From a virus (Duplodnaviria; Heunggongvirae; Uroviricota; Caudoviricetes): DNA of 8,406 nucleotides. This document shows positions 7,033 to 8,406 of the stretch, in pieces. Position numbers and translations under genes: made by a program. The stretch lies in IMG/VR virus record IMGVR_UViG_3300000301_000148, one strand, 5' to 3'. Below the pieces are notes generated by a model, which did not search any database, was not told where the DNA came from, and saw only the letters and a program-made list of their open reading frames with translations. The number at the start of each line of letters is the position of its first letter. The first letter of the stretch is position 1.

Positions 7033-7062
7033 AATATAGTCATTAAGTCAGGACTATGTCAA
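7033..7062 (-). promoter_or_regulatory. sigma70-like promoter candidate reading toward cox (early-promoter-like): TTGACA-N18-TATATT
   Basis: On the minus strand there is a perfect -35 TTGACA (7062..7057) and a 5/6 -10 TATATT (7038..7033) with an 18-nt spacer. The predicted start near 7026 falls inside the inverted repeat. Confidence 0.3.
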
Positions 7063-7356
7063 ATGAATATCGCACAGAAATTAAGAGCAATAAGACAATC
7101 GGAAGGGCTAACTCAAGCAAAATTCAGTGAAATCAGCGGTATAGCGTTAGGAACGCTAAAGAATTACGAAGGAGGCCATCAAGACCCTGGCATCCAAGTT
7201 GTGTTGCAGGTCACCAATGCACCTCAGTTCCAAAAATACACACTATGGCTCATGACAGATAAAACAGCGCCGGAAGCGGGACAAATCGCACCGGCTCTCG
7301 CGCACATTGGGCCAGAGTCAACAGAATCCGACCACTCCGCGAAAAGGATTGGCTAA
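7063..7356 (+). CDS. C: P2 C-type immunity repressor (HTH, XRE-like), 97 aa
   Basis: N-terminal HTH (LTQAKFSEISGIALGTLKNYEGG) and C-terminal QFQKYTLWLMT...APEAGQIAPALAH resemble the P2 C repressor family. ATG at 7063 has AGGA 9 nt upstream. It lies immediately upstream of int on the same strand. The longer frame from 6880 is antisense to cox and is rejected. Confidence 0.75.
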   Translation: MNIAQKLRAIRQSEGLTQAKFSEISGIALGTLKNYEGGHQDPGIQVVLQVTNAPQFQKYTLWLMTDKTAPEAGQIAPALAHIGPESTESDHSAKRIG

Positions 7357-7425
7357 CTCTATATAAAAATTACATTTTCACCATTTGCCACCAAGATGGT
7401 GAATACAGCGCCGGAGGGCTTTCTT

Positions 7426-8406
7426 ATGGCAATTAAGAAGCTCGATGATGGTCGCTATGAAGTGGACATTAGACCTCGCGGTCGCGACGGAAAACGCATC
7501 CGCAGGAAATTTGAAAGAAAAGCTGAAGCACTAGCATTTGAGCGATACACAATCGCCAATGCCAGTCAGAAAGAATGGGGAGGCCAGCGAGCAGACCGCC
7601 GAACTTTGACAGAATTGCTCGACATCTGGTGGAAATACCACGGGCAAAACCACGAGCATGGGACAAAAGAGTTTAATCATCTGCTCAAAACCATCAGCGG
7701 CATAGGTGATATACCAGTGAGCCGGATGAACAAAAGGGCTTTGATGGATTATCGCTCCATGCGACTACGTGATGGCATCAGTGCTGCAACGATAAACCGC
7801 GACATGTACCGATTATCCGGCATGTTCACAAAATTAATTCAATTGGATGAATTTTCCGGGCAACACCCAATTCACGGACTGCCGCCACTGACGGAGGCTA
7901 ACCCTGAAATGACGTTCCTGGAAAAAGCAGAAATCGAAAAACTGCTAAATGTTTTGACTGGTGATGACTTACTTGTCGCGCTTTTATGTTTGAGCACTGG
8001 AGGAAGATGGACGGAAGTTGCCACGCTAAAACCAGCACAGATTACAAGTTGCAGGGTTACCTTCCTGAAAACCAAAAACGGTAAAAAGCGAACAGTGCCG
8101 ATTTCTGAGGAACTGGAGAAAAAAGTTAAAGAGGAGGCCAGCGCCAAATTGTTCAAGGTAGATTATGAGAAGTTTTGCGGGATTTTACGCAGAGTGAAAC
8201 CTGATATACCTCCCAATCAGGCAACCCACATTCTGCGGCATACATTCGCAAGCCATTTCATGATGAATGGGGGCAACATAATTGCACTGCAACAGATTCT
8301 GGGGCATGCGAGCATTCAGCAGACAATGACCTATGCGCACCTTGCGCCTGACTACCTGCAGAACGCCGTCGCTCTGAATCCACTAAAAGGCGGAGTGACG
8401 TTATAA
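7426..8406 (+). CDS. int: tyrosine recombinase / phage integrase (P2 Int-like), 326 aa
   Basis: C-terminal catalytic region HILRHTFASHFMMNGGNIIALQQILGHASIQQTMTYAHLAP has the H-x-x-R and Tyr-containing box of tyrosine recombinases. N-terminus MAIKKLDDGRYEVDIRPRG is typical of P2-type integrases. ATG 7426 is preceded by GGAGGG (7413-7418). Stop TAA at 8404-8406. Confidence 0.9.
   Translation: MAIKKLDDGRYEVDIRPRGRDGKRIRRKFERKAEALAFERYTIANASQKEWGGQRADRRTLTELLDIWWKYHGQNHEHGTKEFNHLLKTISGIGDIPVSRMNKRALMDYRSMRLRDGISAATINRDMYRLSGMFTKLIQLDEFSGQHPIHGLPPLTEANPEMTFLEKAEIEKLLNVLTGDDLLVALLCLSTGGRWTEVATLKPAQITSCRVTFLKTKNGKKRTVPISEELEKKVKEEASAKLFKVDYEKFCGILRRVKPDIPPNQATHILRHTFASHFMMNGGNIIALQQILGHASIQQTMTYAHLAPDYLQNAVALNPLKGGVTL

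Noticed and set aside
6880-7062. Long 158-aa form of the repressor ORF starting at 6880
   Set aside because: The extension is antisense to the cox coding region and covers the divergent promoter region; the HTH domain begins right after the ATG at 7063, which has an AGGA 9 nt upstream.
7396-7425. Integrase start at ATG 7396
   Set aside because: The in-frame ATG at 7426 is preceded by a near-perfect SD (GGAGGG) and gives the typical MAIKKL N-terminus; 7396 has no RBS.
7469-8156. Minus-strand ORFs 7469-7666 and 7872-8156 inside int
   Set aside because: They are antisense to the integrase gene, which has clear catalytic motifs and a strong RBS.

Overview
The window is the lysogeny/early-replication arm of a P2-like temperate prophage (enterobacterial-type composition) in a gapped draft scaffold, with an AT-rich Fic-domain cargo gene at its left edge as the main candidate of interest. 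On the + strand at the right end are a P2 C-type HTH repressor (7063-7356) and a P2-type tyrosine integrase (7426-8406), whose stop is the last codon of the window, so the attachment site is not visible. Divergent from these, on the - strand, is an early operon: cox-like gene (6655-6927), a small ORF, a B-like ORF, three small ORFs including a TraR/DksA-type C4 zinc-finger protein, and a gpA-like HUH rolling-circle replication initiator (about 1396-4426). Left of gpA the composition drops to roughly 30% GC (by eye) across a 346-aa Fic/Doc-family ORF (1-1041, +) carrying a canonical HPFQDGNGRSIR motif. Converging on it is a 65-aa basic ORF (1038-1235, -) that contains SFSLEG, a match to the (S/T)xxxE(G/N) Fic-inhibitory motif. 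This is the position where P2-like phages carry variable cargo, so Fic plus the small ORF is a candidate toxin-antitoxin or anti-phage module; that is inference, and the link to gpA crosses an 83-N gap. Assembly caveats: there are eight N-runs, and three near-identical segment pairs sit directly across 10-N gaps, so gpA cannot be judged intact and those duplications are most likely scaffold artefacts. No rRNA, tRNA or CRISPR array is supported. All homology statements are from motif recognition and recalled family features, not from any search.
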